A stretch of DNA of 64,000 bases from Escherichia coli O127:H6 str. E2348/69 (GCF_000026545.1 NC_011601.1), one strand, 5' to 3'; shown: positions 1 to 16,158, counted from the first letter of the stretch. Notes: a model not told the origin generated them from the sequence alone. Made by a program: numbers and translations.

Positions 1-1348
<1,348 letters not shown>

Positions 1349-1416
1349 CCTTAAAGAAGCGTACTTTGAAGTGCTCACACAGATTGTCTGATGAAAATGA
1401 GCAGTAAAACCTCTAC

Positions 1417-1493
<77 letters not shown>

Positions 1494-1535
1494 AATTTGC
1501 ACCGCAAATTTGAAGAGGTTTTAACTACATGTTAT

Positions 1536-1611
1536 GGGGCTATAGCTCAGCTGGGAGAGCGCCTGCTTTGCACGCAGGAGGTCTGCGGTTCGATCCCGCA
1601 TAGCTCCACCA
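1536..1611 (+). tRNA. alaT: tRNA-Ala (anticodon TGC) in the 16S-23S spacer
   Basis: 76-nt sequence GGGGCTATAGCTCAGCTGGGAGAGCGCCTGCTTTGCACGCAGGAGGTCTGCGGTTCGATCCCGCATAGCTCCACCA. Confidence 0.95.
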
Positions 1612-1794
1612 TCTCTGTAGTGATTAAATAAAAAATACTTCAGAGTGTACCTGCAAAGGTTCACTGCGAAGTTTTGCTCTTTAAAAATCTGGATCAAGCT
1701 GAAAATTGAAACACTGAACAACGAGAGTTGTTCGTGAGTCTCTCAAATTTTCGCAACACGATGATGGATCGCAAGAAACATCTTCGGGTTGTGA

Positions 1795-4698
<2,904 letters not shown>

Positions 4699-4796
4699 AC
4701 AACGCCGAAGATGTTTTGGCGGATTGAGAGAAGATTTTCAGCCTGATACAGATTAAATCGACAGGTCATAACGTGACGTGTTGATAAAACAGAATT

Positions 4797-4916
4797 TGCC
4801 TGGCGGCCTTAGCGCGGTGGTCCCACCTGACCCCATGCCGAACTCAGAAGTGAAACGCCGTAGCGCCGATGGTAGTGTGGGGTCTCCCCATGCGAGAGTA
4901 GGGAACTGCCAGGCAT
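4797..4916 (+). rRNA. rrfA: 5S ribosomal RNA
   Basis: 120-nt sequence TGCCTGGCGGCC...GGGAACTGCCAGGCAT matching enterobacterial 5S. Confidence 0.95.
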
Positions 4917-4930
4917 CAAATTTAGCGAAA

Positions 4931-4957
4931 GGCCCAGTCGGAAGACTGGGCTTTTTT
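4931..4957 (+). terminator. Rho-independent terminator of the rRNA operon
   Basis: GC-rich hairpin GGCCCAGTC-GGAA-GACTGGGC followed by TTTTTT. Confidence 0.8.
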
Positions 4958-5018
4958 GCGTTGGTGCGGAATAAATACCGGATGCGACGCTGGCGCGTCT
5001 TATCCAGCCTACTTTTGC

Positions 5019-5546
5019 TTATCCGTCCTGCTTTTGCATCCACTCCACCACAAAATCAGCCAGCCCCTCAACATCATTAATATCCAGTAACGCGACATCA
5101 AGATTAAGCGGCACATCACTGGCTACAGCAATAACATGCCTGTCTATCACTAATTCTTCCGGTCGATGTCCGGCTCCATCGCGAAACAGCACAATCTTTG
5201 CGATCTCTTCATGCTTAAACCCTTCGACCAGAATCAAATCCAGCTTTGAGGTATCCATTCGACTTGCGAGAAAATGTAGATCCAGCTCTTCTTCGTCTGG
5301 TGTTTCCGTCATCAAGGCCCATCGTTGCTGGCTGGCAACGATGGTTTGTGCCGCGCCAGCCTTGCGCAGCTCATAGCTATCTTTGCCTGGCTTATCAACA
5401 TCCATATCATGGTGCGTATGCTTAATCAGCCCTGGACGGATCCCTCTGGCGCATAATGCCGGGATCAGTTTTTTCAAAAGCGTAGTTTTTCCGGTACCAC
5501 TCCACGCGGCAAAGGCGAGTAACGGTATCATCGTTTTTCCTGCCAT
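5019..5546 (-). CDS. mobB: Molybdopterin-guanine dinucleotide biosynthesis adapter protein MobB (P-loop GTPase)
   Basis: 175-aa ORF with Walker A (SGTGKTTL); recognised MobB sequence; overlaps mobA start as in the mobAB operon. Confidence 0.9.
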   Translation of the reverse strand: MAGKTMIPLLAFAAWSGTGKTTLLKKLIPALCARGIRPGLIKHTHHDMDVDKPGKDSYELRKAGAAQTIVASQQRWALMTETPDEEELDLHFLASRMDTSKLDLILVEGFKHEEIAKIVLFRDGAGHRPEELVIDRHVIAVASDVPLNLDVALLDINDVEGLADFVVEWMQKQDG

Positions 5547-6112
5547 CGGGCAAGCTCCTCTGGCGTATTCACGTTTATAAATGCCTCTTTACGATCGCTG
5601 AAATCAACCGCATGACCGCCAGCCAGACGCATAAATGCCATAACCCGGCGTTCTCCTGCTTGCAGATATTCCAGTAATAAAGGCTCAATTGCGCGGTTTA
5701 CCAGAGCAATAGTCGGGTGATCGCGTTCACCGTCGTGGACCCACACGACAGGCGTATCTTTGCGCTGATGATTAAGCCGGACGGCTAAATCATGGGGAAT
5801 GTAAGGCGTATCGCACGGGCAAAACAAAAACCACTCACCCGCTTCCTGCTGCATTACTGAAAGCATTCCTGCCAGAGGGCCAGGGTAATCCGCCAGTGAA
5901 TCTTCAATCACTTTCAGACCGCTTACCTGATAGATTTCCTGATGACGATTAGCATTAACCACGACGTGAGAAAGCTGCGTCATAAGCGCGTCAGCGACAT
6001 GCTGCCATAATGGTTTGCCGTTTAATTCAAGCAATCCTTTATCTACGCCGCCCATTCGTCTGGCTTTACCGCCCGCCAGCACAACGCCTGTTATCGTCGT
6101 CATCAGATTCAC
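5528..6112 (-). CDS. mobA: Molybdenum cofactor guanylyltransferase MobA
   Basis: 194-aa ORF beginning [22 protein letters not shown] (nucleotidyltransferase glycine-rich motif); conserved position upstream of mobB. Confidence 0.9.
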   Translation of the reverse strand: MNLMTTITGVVLAGGKARRMGGVDKGLLELNGKPLWQHVADALMTQLSHVVVNANRHQEIYQVSGLKVIEDSLADYPGPLAGMLSVMQQEAGEWFLFCPCDTPYIPHDLAVRLNHQRKDTPVVWVHDGERDHPTIALVNRAIEPLLLEYLQAGERRVMAFMRLAGGHAVDFSDRKEAFINVNTPEELARWQEKR

Positions 6113-6181
6113 CGATATCGCCTCTTTTATTGTGGGATTGACCCTGCTAACGTGTCTGTCTCAAGAGTAAGGAGCATTACT

Positions 6182-6451
6182 ATGAAATGTAAACGTCTGA
6201 ATGAAGTTATTGAACTCCTCCAGCCAGCCTGGCAAAAAGACCCAGACCTTAACCTGCTGCAATTTTTGCAGAAACTGGCGAAAGAGTCAGGTTTTGACGG
6301 CGAACTGGCGGATTTGACGGATGACATTCTGATCTATCACCTGAAAATGCGTGATTCCGCGAAAGATGCGGTGATCCCGGGTTTGCAGAAAGATTATGAA
6401 GAAGATTTCAAAACGGCGCTATTACGCGCACGTGGCGTAATTAAAGAGTAA
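6182..6451 (+). CDS. yihD: DUF1040 family small protein YihD
   Basis: 89-aa product from the internal ATG at 6182 ([14 protein letters not shown]...) preceded by AAGGAG Shine-Dalgarno; the longer 99-aa track ORF is an upstream extension. Confidence 0.8.
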   Translation: MKCKRLNEVIELLQPAWQKDPDLNLLQFLQKLAKESGFDGELADLTDDILIYHLKMRDSAKDAVIPGLQKDYEEDFKTALLRARGVIKE

Positions 6452-6527
6452 AAGCTTGTAAGCGGCGCAACCAAAATCATCGTGAAATGATATCCTTCAT
6501 CATTCGTAATGTTTTCCGGATGATGGG

Positions 6528-7514
6528 ATGAACAACAGCGCTTTTACTTTCCAGACACTACACCCGGATACCATCATGGACGCTCTGTTTGAGCATGGGA
6601 TTCGGGTGGATTCCGGTCTTACCCCGCTTAACAGCTATGAAAACCGTGTCTATCAATTTCAGGACGAAGATCGTCGACGTTTTGTCGTCAAATTTTATCG
6701 CCCTGAACGTTGGACAGCCGATCAAATCCTCGAAGAACATCAATTTGCGTTGCAGCTGGTTAACGATGAAGTTCCGGTCGCAGCACCTGTGGCCTTTAAT
6801 GGTCAGACTTTATTGAACCATCAGGGATTTTATTTCGCTGTTTTTCCAAGCGTCGGTGGTCGCCAGTTCGAAGCTGATAATATCGATCAGATGGAAGCGG
6901 TTGGGCGTTATTTAGGGCGTATGCACCAGACGGGGCGCAAACAGCTTTTTATCCATCGCCCGACCATCGGTTTGAATGAATATCTCATTGAGCCACGCAA
7001 GCTGTTTGAGGACGCTACACTGATACCTTCCGGGTTGAAAGCGGCATTTCTGAAAGCGACAGATGAGCTGATCGCCGCCGTTACAGCACACTGGCGGGAA
7101 GATTTCACCGTTCTGCGGCTACATGGAGACTGCCACGCCGGGAATATTCTCTGGCGCGATGGTCCAATGTTTGTTGATCTGGATGATGCACGTAATGGTC
7201 CGGCTATTCAGGATTTGTGGATGTTGCTCAATGGCGATAAAGCCGAGCAGCGGATGCAACTGGAAACTATTATTGAAGCTTATGAAGAATTTAGCGAGTT
7301 CGACACCGCTGAAATCGGACTGATTGAACCTTTACGCGCCATGCGTTTGGTTTATTATCTTGCCTGGCTAATGCGGCGTTGGGCTGATCCCGCGTTCCCG
7401 AAAAATTTCCCGTGGTTAACCGGGGAAGATTACTGGCTGCGACAGACGGCGACTTTTATAGAACAGGCAAAAGTTCTACAAGAACCCCCTTTGCAATTAA
7501 CACCTATGTATTAA
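6528..7514 (+). CDS. srkA: Stress response Ser/Thr protein kinase SrkA (YihE/RdoA)
   Basis: 328-aa ORF with kinase-like catalytic motifs (HGDCHAGNILW, VDLDD); conserved position upstream of dsbA. Confidence 0.9.
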   Translation: MNNSAFTFQTLHPDTIMDALFEHGIRVDSGLTPLNSYENRVYQFQDEDRRRFVVKFYRPERWTADQILEEHQFALQLVNDEVPVAAPVAFNGQTLLNHQGFYFAVFPSVGGRQFEADNIDQMEAVGRYLGRMHQTGRKQLFIHRPTIGLNEYLIEPRKLFEDATLIPSGLKAAFLKATDELIAAVTAHWREDFTVLRLHGDCHAGNILWRDGPMFVDLDDARNGPAIQDLWMLLNGDKAEQRMQLETIIEAYEEFSEFDTAEIGLIEPLRAMRLVYYLAWLMRRWADPAFPKNFPWLTGEDYWLRQTATFIEQAKVLQEPPLQLTPMY

Positions 7515-7530
7515 TCGGAGAGAGTAGATC

Positions 7531-8157
7531 ATGAAAAAGATTTGGCTGGCGCTGGCTGGTTTAGTTTTAGCGTTTAGCGCATCGGCGGCGCAGTATGAAG
7601 ATGGTAAACAGTACACTACCCTGGAAAAACCAGTTGCTGGCGCGCCGCAAGTGCTGGAGTTTTTCTCTTTCTTCTGCCCGCACTGCTATCAGTTTGAAGA
7701 AGTTCTGCATATTTCTGATAACGTGAAGAAAAAACTGCCGGAAGGCGTGAAGATGACTAAATACCACGTCAACTTCATGGGGGGTGACCTGGGCAAAGAG
7801 CTGACTCAGGCATGGGCTGTGGCGATGGCGCTGGGCGTGGAAGACAAAGTCACAGTTCCGCTGTTTGAAGGCGTACAAAAAACCCAGACCATTCGTTCAG
7901 CATCTGATATCCGCGATGTATTTATCAACGCAGGTATTAAAGGTGAAGAGTACGACGCGGCGTGGAACAGCTTCGTGGTGAAATCTCTGGTCGCTCAGCA
8001 GGAAAAAGCTGCAGCTGACGTGCAATTGCGTGGTGTTCCGGCGATGTTTGTTAACGGTAAATATCAGCTGAATCCGCAGGGTATGGATACCAGCAATATG
8101 GATGTTTTTGTTCAGCAGTATGCTGATACTGTGAAATATCTGTCCGAGAAAAAATAA
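7531..8157 (+). CDS. dsbA: Periplasmic thiol:disulfide oxidoreductase DsbA
   Basis: 208-aa ORF with signal peptide and CPHC active site ([13 protein letters not shown]). Confidence 0.95.
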   Translation: MKKIWLALAGLVLAFSASAAQYEDGKQYTTLEKPVAGAPQVLEFFSFFCPHCYQFEEVLHISDNVKKKLPEGVKMTKYHVNFMGGDLGKELTQAWAVAMALGVEDKVTVPLFEGVQKTQTIRSASDIRDVFINAGIKGEEYDAAWNSFVVKSLVAQQEKAAADVQLRGVPAMFVNGKYQLNPQGMDTSNMDVFVQQYADTVKYLSEKK

Positions 8158-8176
8158 TTCAATGTAAATTACATAA

Positions 8177-8205
8177 AGCCCGTGAATATTCACGGGCTTT
8201 TTTTA
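8177..8205 (+). terminator. Rho-independent terminator downstream of dsbA
   Basis: Hairpin AGCCCGTGAATATTCACGGGCT followed by a T-run. Confidence 0.75.
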
Positions 8206-8311
8206 TTATTAAATAAATATAAATACATTCTGATAATGCGTCCTGCTGCTGGACATTATTTCAGCATAAGTGGATATTCAAAGTTTTGCTGTTTTATCAG
8301 GGAATATTTAT

Positions 8312-9742
8312 ATGATACGTAAGTCAGCTACAGGTGCTATTGTTGCGTTAGCCGTAATCTGGGGTGGTGGCACATGGTACACAGGTACGCAAATTCAACC
8401 TGGTGTCGAAAAGTTTATTAAAGGTTTTAACGATGCTAAAAAGAAAGGTGAACATGCCTACGATATGACGTTAAGTTATAAAAATTTTGACAAAGGCTTT
8501 TTTAATTCCCGTTTTCAAATGCAAATGACATTTGATAACGGTGCACCCGATCTCGATATCAAGCCAGGCCAGAAAATTGTATTTGATGTGGATGTTGAGC
8601 ACGGTCCGTTGCCCATCACAATGTTAATGCGTGGTAATGTCATCCCCGCACTGGCAGCGGCAAAAGTGAAATTAGTGAATAATGAACTGACACAACCGCT
8701 ATTTATCGCCGCGAAAAATAAATCGCCCGTGGAAGCGACATTGCGATTCGCGTTTGGTGGCTCATTCTCCACGACATTAGATGTTGCCCCTGCAGAGTAT
8801 GGAAAGTTTTCTTTTGGTGAAGGCCAGTTTACTTTTAATGGTGATGATAGTTCATTGTCTAACCTGGATATTGAAGGCAAAGTCGAAGATATTGTTCTGC
8901 AATTTTCACCAATGAACAAAGTAACGGCGAAAAGTTTTACCATTAATTCTCTGGCGCGATTAGAAGAAAAGAAATTTCCGGTTGGTGAAAGCGAGTCGAA
9001 ATTTAATCAGGTTAATATTATCAACCAAGGGGAAGTCGTTGCCCAAATCGATGCTTTCGTTGCAAAAACCAGGCTGGATCGCGTTAAAGACAAAGATTAT
9101 ATCAATGTCAATCTGACCTACGAACTTGATAAGTTAATAAAAGGGAATCAGCAACTCGGTAGTGGTGAGTGGTCATTGATTGCTGAATCTATTGATCCAT
9201 CAGCGGTGCGCCAATTTATCATCCAGTATAACATTGCGATGCAGAAGCAGCTTGCTGCACACCCCGAGTTAGCAAACGATGAAGTTGCTCTGCAAGAAGT
9301 GAATGCTGCATTGTTCAAAGAGTATTTACCGTTATTACAAAAAAGTGAGCCGACCATTAAACAACCGGTAAGATGGAAGAACGCACTCGGCGAACTAAAG
9401 GCCAATCTGGATATCAGTATTGCCGACCCAGCCAAATCTTCATCATCCACAAACAAAGATATTAAATCGCTCAATTTTGATATGAAGTTACCGCTTAATG
9501 TCGCCACAGAAACCGCAAAACAGCTTAATTTATCTGAAGGGATGGATGCGGAAAAAGCGCAAAAGCGGGCTGATAAGCAAATCAGTGGGATGATGACATT
9601 AGGTCTGATGTTACAGTTAATCACGATTGACAACAATACCGCCTCGCTGCAACTGCGTTATACACCGGGTAAAGTTGTTTTTAACGGACAGGAGATGAGC
9701 GAAGAAGAATTTATGTCTCGTGCCGGACGTTTTGTTCATTAA
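8312..9742 (+). CDS. yihF: DUF945 family protein YihF
   Basis: 476-aa product from the ATG at 8312 (MIRKSATGAIVALAV..., N-terminal hydrophobic segment); the track ORF starts 14 codons upstream. Synteny dsbA-yihF-yihG-polA. Confidence 0.8.
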   Translation: MIRKSATGAIVALAVIWGGGTWYTGTQIQPGVEKFIKGFNDAKKKGEHAYDMTLSYKNFDKGFFNSRFQMQMTFDNGAPDLDIKPGQKIVFDVDVEHGPLPITMLMRGNVIPALAAAKVKLVNNELTQPLFIAAKNKSPVEATLRFAFGGSFSTTLDVAPAEYGKFSFGEGQFTFNGDDSSLSNLDIEGKVEDIVLQFSPMNKVTAKSFTINSLARLEEKKFPVGESESKFNQVNIINQGEVVAQIDAFVAKTRLDRVKDKDYINVNLTYELDKLIKGNQQLGSGEWSLIAESIDPSAVRQFIIQYNIAMQKQLAAHPELANDEVALQEVNAALFKEYLPLLQKSEPTIKQPVRWKNALGELKANLDISIADPAKSSSSTNKDIKSLNFDMKLPLNVATETAKQLNLSEGMDAEKAQKRADKQISGMMTLGLMLQLITIDNNTASLQLRYTPGKVVFNGQEMSEEEFMSRAGRFVH

Positions 9743-9782
9743 AATACTCACTCGCCTCTGCTCATTCAGAGGCGAGTAAAAC

Positions 9783-10715
9783 TTACTTTTCCTGCCGCTG
9801 TGATGACATCAACGATGTCAGAAGCCGGTCTTTTTCCTGCCACAATGAGTTCAGCCATTGCTGAAAATGGCGCTTAAAGCTTTTGTCATTGATGTAGTCG
9901 CCATGTAACTCATCGGCAATAGGCTGTAAATCCACATGTACGACAATTCGCGTCAGTTTACCGCTTAACATATCGAAGAACGGCTGACGGTTATTGTCCG
10001 GATAACACAGCGTAACATTAAGCAGTTTATCGAATTGTTTACCCAGTACATTTAGCGCCATTGCAATGCCTGCCGCCTTTGGTGGCAACAAGTTTTGAAA
10101 AGTGGAGTGGGTTTGCTGATGTTTTTCTTGCGTGAAACGGGAGCCTTCAACGAAATTGACAATAGTGGTGGGATGCAGGCGAAACTTTTCACAAGAACGC
10201 CGAGTGGTTTCAACATCTTTACCACGTCGCTCCGGATGACGTAATAAATAAGCGCGGGAATAACGCTTCATAAACGGCATATCCAGCGCCCAGCACGCCA
10301 GGCCAAGAAAAGGCACCCAGGCCAGCTGCTGCTTGAGGAAATATTTATTCATCGGAATGTGCTTACGAAACAGCACGCACAGTACGACAATATCTGCCCA
10401 ACTACGGTGGTTACAAATAAGCAGATACCAGTTCTTCTTACTTAACCCTTCCAGCCCGTGAACTTCCCATTGCAGGTATGGGTTCAGATGCAGTAATACC
10501 GCCAGACATTCACACCAGCAATACATCATAAAATCACAAAAACGCGAAACCTTTCGCCAAATGACTGGCACAGGTAGCAATAGTTTTACAATCCCGGCAA
10601 TGATGATCGGGACGGAACAAAAAATAGTGACCAAAATGGTCAATACGATACTCAGCAAAAGGGTTATCGCAGCGAGTATTCTCGTCATAATGAATTTATT
10701 CAAAAGGTTAGCCAT
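9783..10715 (-). CDS. yihG: Acyltransferase YihG (PlsC-like lysophospholipid acyltransferase family)
   Basis: ORF with HXXXXD acyltransferase motif ([12 protein letters not shown]) and N-terminal transmembrane segments; start ambiguous (10739 or 10715). Confidence 0.8.
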   Translation of the reverse strand: MANLLNKFIMTRILAAITLLLSIVLTILVTIFCSVPIIIAGIVKLLLPVPVIWRKVSRFCDFMMYCWCECLAVLLHLNPYLQWEVHGLEGLSKKNWYLLICNHRSWADIVVLCVLFRKHIPMNKYFLKQQLAWVPFLGLACWALDMPFMKRYSRAYLLRHPERRGKDVETTRRSCEKFRLHPTTIVNFVEGSRFTQEKHQQTHSTFQNLLPPKAAGIAMALNVLGKQFDKLLNVTLCYPDNNRQPFFDMLSGKLTRIVVHVDLQPIADELHGDYINDKSFKRHFQQWLNSLWQEKDRLLTSLMSSQRQEK

Positions 10716-11078
10716 AGACAGTGCGCTAAAGAAGCGCAAGGCGCAGATTTTAGCAGAAAACGACCCAAATAACGGATGATCCTTAAGGAGAAAAATAATT
10801 CATATCTATCCACATTAGAAAAAATCCCATTATCTCAATTATTAGGGATGGCTTTATTTTTAACTGCATGAAAAACAAAGACAAACATCATGCTGTAAAA
10901 AGCATGATAATAAATTAAAAGCGATGTAAATAATTTATGCACAAAGTTATCCACATGACGATTTGCGAGCGATCCAGAAGATCTACAAAAGATTTTCGCG
11001 AAAAGCGGTGAAAAACTCATGTTTTTATCCTGTCTGTGGCATCCTTTACCCATAATCTGATAAACAGGCACGGACATT

Positions 11079-13865
11079 ATGGTTCAGATCCCCCAAAATC
11101 CACTTATCCTTGTAGATGGTTCATCTTATCTTTATCGCGCATATCACGCGTTTCCCCCGCTGACTAACAGCGCAGGCGAGCCGACCGGTGCGATGTATGG
11201 TGTCCTCAACATGCTGCGCAGTCTGATCATGCAATATAAACCGACGCATGCAGCGGTGGTCTTTGACGCCAAGGGAAAAACCTTTCGTGATGAACTGTTT
11301 GAACATTACAAATCACATCGCCCACCAATGCCGGACGATCTGCGTGCACAAATCGAACCCTTGCACGCGATGGTTAAAGCGATGGGACTGCCGCTGCTGG
11401 CGGTTTCTGGCGTAGAAGCGGACGACGTTATCGGTACTCTGGCGCGCGAAGCCGAAAAAGCCGGGCGTCCGGTGCTGATCAGCACTGGCGATAAAGATAT
11501 GGCGCAGCTGGTGACACCAAATATCACGCTTATCAACACCATGACGAATACCATCCTCGGACCGGAAGAGGTGGTGAATAAGTACGGCGTGCCGCCAGAA
11601 CTGATCATCGATTTCCTGGCGCTGATGGGTGACTCCTCTGATAACATTCCCGGCGTACCGGGCGTCGGTGAAAAAACCGCGCAGGCATTGCTGCAAGGTC
11701 TTGGCGGGCTGGATACGCTGTATGCCGAGCCAGAAAAAATTGCTGGGTTGAGCTTCCGTGGCGCGAAAACAATGGCAGCGAAGCTCGAGCAAAACAAAGA
11801 AGTTGCTTATCTCTCATACCAGCTGGCGACGATTAAAACCGACGTTGAGCTGGAGCTGACCTGTGAACAACTGGAAGTGCAGCCACCGGCGGCGGAAGAG
11901 TTGTTAGGGCTGTTCAAAAAGTATGAGTTCAAACGCTGGACTGCTGATGTCGAAGCGGGCAAATGGCTACAGGCTAAAGGGGCGAAACCCGCAGCCAGGC
12001 CGCAGGAAACCAGTGTTGCAGACGAAGCGCCAGAAGTGACGGCAACGGTGATTTCTTATGACAACTACGTCACCATCCTTGATGAAGAAACACTGAAAGA
12101 GTGGATTGCGAAGCTGGAAAAAGCGCCGGTATTTGCATTTGATACCGAAACCGACAGCCTTGATAACATCTCTGCTAACCTGGTCGGGCTTTCTTTTGCT
12201 ATCGAGCCAGGCGTAGCGGCATATATTCCGGTTGCTCATGATTATCTTGATGCGCCCGATCAAATCTCTCGCGAGCGTGCACTCGAGTTGCTAAAACCGC
12301 TGCTGGAAGATGAAAAGGCGCTGAAGGTCGGGCAAAACCTGAAATACGATCGCGGTATTCTGGCGAACTACGGCATTGAACTACGTGGGATTGCGTTTGA
12401 TACCATGCTGGAGTCCTACATTCTCAATAGCGTTGCCGGGCGTCACGATATGGACAGCCTCGCGGAACGTTGGTTGAAGCACAAAACCATCACTTTTGAA
12501 GAGATTGCGGGTAAAGGCAAAAATCAACTGACCTTTAACCAGATTGCCCTCGAAGAAGCCGGACGTTACGCCGCCGAAGATGCAGATGTCACCTTGCAGT
12601 TGCATCTGAAAATGTGGCCGGATCTGCAAAAACACAAAGGGCCGTTGAACGTCTTCGAGAATATCGAAATGCCGCTGGTGCCGGTGCTTTCACGCATTGA
12701 ACGTAACGGTGTGAAGATCGATCCGAAAGTGCTGCACAATCACTCTGAAGAGCTCACCTTGCGTCTGGCTGAGCTGGAAAAGAAAGCTCATGAAATTGCA
12801 GGTGAAGAATTTAACCTTTCTTCCACCAAGCAGTTACAAACCATTCTGTTTGAAAAACAGGGCATTAAACCGCTGAAGAAAACTCCGGGTGGCGCGCCGT
12901 CAACGTCGGAAGAGGTACTGGAAGAACTGGCGCTGGACTATCCGTTGCCAAAAGTGATTCTGGAGTATCGTGGTCTGGCGAAGCTGAAATCGACCTACAC
13001 CGACAAGCTGCCGTTGATGATCAACCCGAAAACCGGGCGTGTACATACCTCTTATCACCAGGCAGTAACCGCAACGGGACGTTTATCGTCAACCGATCCT
13101 AACCTGCAAAACATTCCGGTGCGTAACGAAGAAGGTCGCCGTATCCGCCAGGCGTTTATTGCGCCAGAGGATTATGTGATTGTCTCAGCGGACTACTCGC
13201 AGATTGAACTGCGCATTATGGCGCATCTCTCGCGTGACAAAGGCTTGCTGACCGCATTCGCGGAAGGAAAAGATATCCACCGTGCAACGGCGGCAGAAGT
13301 GTTTGGTTTGCCACTGGAAACCGTCACCAGCGAGCAACGTCGTAGCGCGAAAGCGATCAACTTTGGTCTGATTTATGGCATGAGTGCTTTCGGTCTGGCG
13401 CGGCAATTGAACATTCCGCGTAAAGAAGCGCAGAAGTACATGGACCTTTACTTCGAACGCTACCCTGGCGTGCTGGGGTATATGGAACGCACCCGTGCTC
13501 AGGCGAAAGAGCAGGGCTACGTTGAAACGCTGGACGGACGCCGTCTGTATCTGCCGGATATCAAATCCAGCAATGGTGCTCGTCGTGCAGCGGCTGAACG
13601 TGCAGCCATTAACGCGCCAATGCAGGGAACCGCCGCCGACATTATCAAACGGGCGATGATTGCCGTTGATGCGTGGCTACAGGCTGAGCAACCGCGTGTG
13701 CGTATGATCATGCAGGTACACGATGAACTGGTATTTGAAGTCCATAAAGATGATGTCGATGCCGTCGCGAAGCAGATTCATCAACTGATGGAAAACTGTA
13801 CCCGTCTGGATGTGCCGTTACTGGTGGAAGTGGGGAGTGGCGAAAACTGGGATCAGGCGCACTAA
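11079..13865 (+). CDS. polA: DNA polymerase I
   Basis: 928-aa ORF with 5'-3' exonuclease, 3'-5' exonuclease and polymerase motifs (e.g. [17 protein letters not shown]). Confidence 0.97.
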   Translation: MVQIPQNPLILVDGSSYLYRAYHAFPPLTNSAGEPTGAMYGVLNMLRSLIMQYKPTHAAVVFDAKGKTFRDELFEHYKSHRPPMPDDLRAQIEPLHAMVKAMGLPLLAVSGVEADDVIGTLAREAEKAGRPVLISTGDKDMAQLVTPNITLINTMTNTILGPEEVVNKYGVPPELIIDFLALMGDSSDNIPGVPGVGEKTAQALLQGLGGLDTLYAEPEKIAGLSFRGAKTMAAKLEQNKEVAYLSYQLATIKTDVELELTCEQLEVQPPAAEELLGLFKKYEFKRWTADVEAGKWLQAKGAKPAARPQETSVADEAPEVTATVISYDNYVTILDEETLKEWIAKLEKAPVFAFDTETDSLDNISANLVGLSFAIEPGVAAYIPVAHDYLDAPDQISRERALELLKPLLEDEKALKVGQNLKYDRGILANYGIELRGIAFDTMLESYILNSVAGRHDMDSLAERWLKHKTITFEEIAGKGKNQLTFNQIALEEAGRYAAEDADVTLQLHLKMWPDLQKHKGPLNVFENIEMPLVPVLSRIERNGVKIDPKVLHNHSEELTLRLAELEKKAHEIAGEEFNLSSTKQLQTILFEKQGIKPLKKTPGGAPSTSEEVLEELALDYPLPKVILEYRGLAKLKSTYTDKLPLMINPKTGRVHTSYHQAVTATGRLSSTDPNLQNIPVRNEEGRRIRQAFIAPEDYVIVSADYSQIELRIMAHLSRDKGLLTAFAEGKDIHRATAAEVFGLPLETVTSEQRRSAKAINFGLIYGMSAFGLARQLNIPRKEAQKYMDLYFERYPGVLGYMERTRAQAKEQGYVETLDGRRLYLPDIKSSNGARRAAAERAAINAPMQGTAADIIKRAMIAVDAWLQAEQPRVRMIMQVHDELVFEVHKDDVDAVAKQIHQLMENCTRLDVPLLVEVGSGENWDQAH

Positions 13866-14013
13866 GATTCGCCTGAACATGCCCTTTTTTCGTAAGTAAG
13901 CAACATAAGCTGTCACGTTTTGTGATGGCTATTAGAAATTCCTATGCAACAACTGAAAAAAAATTACAAAAAATGCTTTCTGAACTGAACAAAAAAGAGT
14001 AAAGTTAGTCGCG

Positions 14014-14122
14014 TAGGGTACAGAGGTAAGATGTTCTATCTTTCAGACCTTTTACTTCACGTAATCGGATTTGGCTGAATATTTTAGCCGCCCCAGTCAG
14101 TAATGACTGGGGCGTTTTTTAT
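14014..14122 (+). ncRNA. spf: Spot 42 small regulatory RNA
   Basis: Sequence GTAGGGTACAGAGGTAAGATGTTCTATCTTTCAGACC...GCCGCCCCAGTCAGTAATGACTGGGGCGTTTTTTA recognised as Spot 42, ending in its intrinsic terminator; lies directly downstream of polA as expected. Confidence 0.85.
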
Positions 14123-14139
14123 TGGGCGAAAGAAAAGAT

Positions 14140-14245
14140 CCGTAATGCCTGATACGCCATGTTTATCAGGCCAACGGTAGAATTGTAATCTATTGAATTT
14201 ACGGGCCGGATACGCCATATCCGGCACAAGCATTAAGGCAAGAAA
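14140..14245. repeat. REP (repetitive extragenic palindromic) element cluster
   Basis: Palindromic units GCCTGATACGCCATG...TATCAGGCC and GGCCGGATACGCCATATCCGGCAC in the spf-engB intergenic region. Confidence 0.7.
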
Positions 14246-14246
14246 A

Positions 14247-14879
14247 TTATTCGCCGTCCTGCGTTTCTTCTACAGGCTGCATCTCGCTAAACCAGGTATC
14301 CAGTTTCTGCCGCAGCTTGTCCACGCCTTGTTTCTTCAGCGAAGAAAACGTTTCAACCTGCACATCACCGTTAAACGCCAGCACCGCTTCACGCACCATA
14401 TTCAATTGCGCTTTACGTGCGCCGCTTGCCAGTTTGTCCGCTTTGGTCAGCAGTACCAGCACGGCGATATTGCTGTCTACCGCCCACTCAATCATCTGCT
14501 GATCCAAATCTTTCAGCGGATGGCGAATATCCATTAGCACCACCAGACCTTGCAGGCTCTGACGTTTTTCGAGGTACTCGCCGAGCGCGCGCTGCCATTT
14601 GCGCTTCATCTCTTCCGGGACTTCCGCATAACCGTACCCAGGCAAGTCAACCAGACGCTTGCCGTCAGCCACTTCAAACAGGTTGATAAGCTGGGTGCGC
14701 CCCGGGGTTTTTGAGGTACGAGCCAGGCTTTTCTGGTTAGTCAGCGTGTTCAGCGCGCTGGATTTACCTGCGTTGGAACGGCCTGCAAAAGCCACTTCAA
14801 TTCCGGTATCGGAAGGTAGGTGGCGAATATCAGGCGCACTCATCACAAAATGCGTCTGTTGATAATTCAAATTAGTCAA
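14247..14879 (-). CDS. engB: Ribosome biogenesis GTP-binding protein EngB/YihA
   Basis: GTPase with G1 motif GRSNAGKSS; 210-aa product if translation starts at the TTG at 14877-14879 ([12 protein letters not shown]...), which is my recollection of the reference start; the track ORF begins 5 codons upstream at an ATG. Confidence 0.85.
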
Positions 14880-15149
14880 AGCGGTCGTCTCCATCAGTCA
14901 AAGCTTTGCGGCGATTATACCTGAACCATAATAAAAGGCGGATTTTTCGGCGTGAGCGTTGTAAGTAAAAGCCATATGCTTTGTGAGACATTGCCGATAG
15001 TCTTTATGCGAAATAGCAGAGAAAATTCTGCGACGTATGTCAAATAAGCTATATAAATCAGTTAATTGCTTTTATATAAAACTCTGAAAATGTGCAAATA
15101 CTGATGGCGGTTGATTGTTTATTTAAAGCAAAGGCGTAAAGTAGCACCC

Positions 15150-15394
15150 ATAGAGCGAGGACGCTAACAGGAACAATGACTCAGGATGAGGGTCAGGAGC
15201 GCCAGGAGGCGAAGACAGAGGATTGTCAGGAAGATAAACGTCCGGAGACGTAATTAAATGGAAATGGAATCAACACGGATTGTTCCGGCTAATGGAAAAA
15301 CAGGGTGTGTTGGCGGCCTGCAAGGATTGTAAGACCCGTTAAGGGTTATGAGTCAGGAAAAAAGGCGACAGAGTAATCTGTCGCCTTTTTTCTT
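15150..15394 (+). ncRNA. csrC: CsrC small RNA (CsrA-sequestering)
   Basis: About 245 nt containing many GGA motifs (CAGGATGAGGGTCAGGAGCGCCAGGAGGCGAAGACAGAGGATTGTCAGGAAG...) and ending in the terminator AAAAAAGGCGACAGAGTAATCTGTCGCCTTTTTTC; between engB and yihI as in E. coli. Ends are approximate. Confidence 0.75.
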
Positions 15395-15460
15395 TGCTTG
15401 CTTTCTGTTAGATTCCGCCGCAAATCTATACTGAATAAAACGGCTAAAAGACGAACCATT

Positions 15461-15970
15461 ATGAAACCATCATCTTCAAACTCACGCAGCAAAGGTCATG
15501 CAAAAGCGCGTCGAAAAACACGCGAGGAGCTGGATCAGGAAGCTCGTGACCGTAAGCGTCAGAAAAAACGTCGTGGTCATGCGCCGGGCAGCCGCGCAGC
15601 GGGCGGTAACACCACGTCAGGCAGCAAAGGTCAGAACGCACCAAAAGATCCACGTATTGGCAGTAAAACCCCTATTCCATTGGGCGTGACTGAAAAAGTC
15701 ACCAAACAGCACAAACCGAAGAGTGAGAAACCTATGCTTTCACCGCAGGCGGAGTTGGAGTTACTGGAAACGGATGAGCGTCTGGATGCGCTGCTGGAAC
15801 GTCTGGAAGCAGGCGAAACCCTGAGCGCCGAAGAGCAATCCTGGGTGGATGCCAAACTGGATCGTATTGATGAGTTGATGCAGAAACTCGGCCTCTCTTA
15901 TGACGATGACGAAGAAGAGGAAGAAGACGAGAAGCAAGAAGACATGATGCGTCTGCTGCGGGGCAACTAA
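15461..15970 (+). CDS. yihI: Der GTPase-activating protein YihI
   Basis: 169-aa highly basic N-terminus and acidic C-terminus ([11 protein letters not shown]), starting at the ATG at 15461 ([13 protein letters not shown]...); the track ORF is an upstream extension. Confidence 0.85.
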   Translation: MKPSSSNSRSKGHAKARRKTREELDQEARDRKRQKKRRGHAPGSRAAGGNTTSGSKGQNAPKDPRIGSKTPIPLGVTEKVTKQHKPKSEKPMLSPQAELELLETDERLDALLERLEAGETLSAEEQSWVDAKLDRIDELMQKLGLSYDDDEEEEEDEKQEDMMRLLRGN

Positions 15971-16158
15971 CGGATTGCCGCCGTGGGCCTTCCCGTTCTG
16001 CTGATAACCCTTCCGGTTATATGTTATCTGGTGTGGTTATTCGTTAAACTACAGCGGTTGTCGCGGCGACAAAAGTGGCTGCGCAACCGGCTGATGACTC
16101 GAAACGGGCATCCGCCGGTACGCCGTAGCCGCCAGAGACGCCATCGGAAGGAGTGAGC

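Noticed and set aside
10835-11077. 80-aa minus-strand ORF in the yihG-polA intergenic region
   Set aside because: Lies in the AT-rich polA promoter region, low-complexity translation, no ribosome-binding site noted; probably not a gene (low certainty).
11306-13711. Several minus-strand ORFs (up to 163 aa) overlapping polA
   Set aside because: Antisense shadow ORFs within a well-supported long gene.
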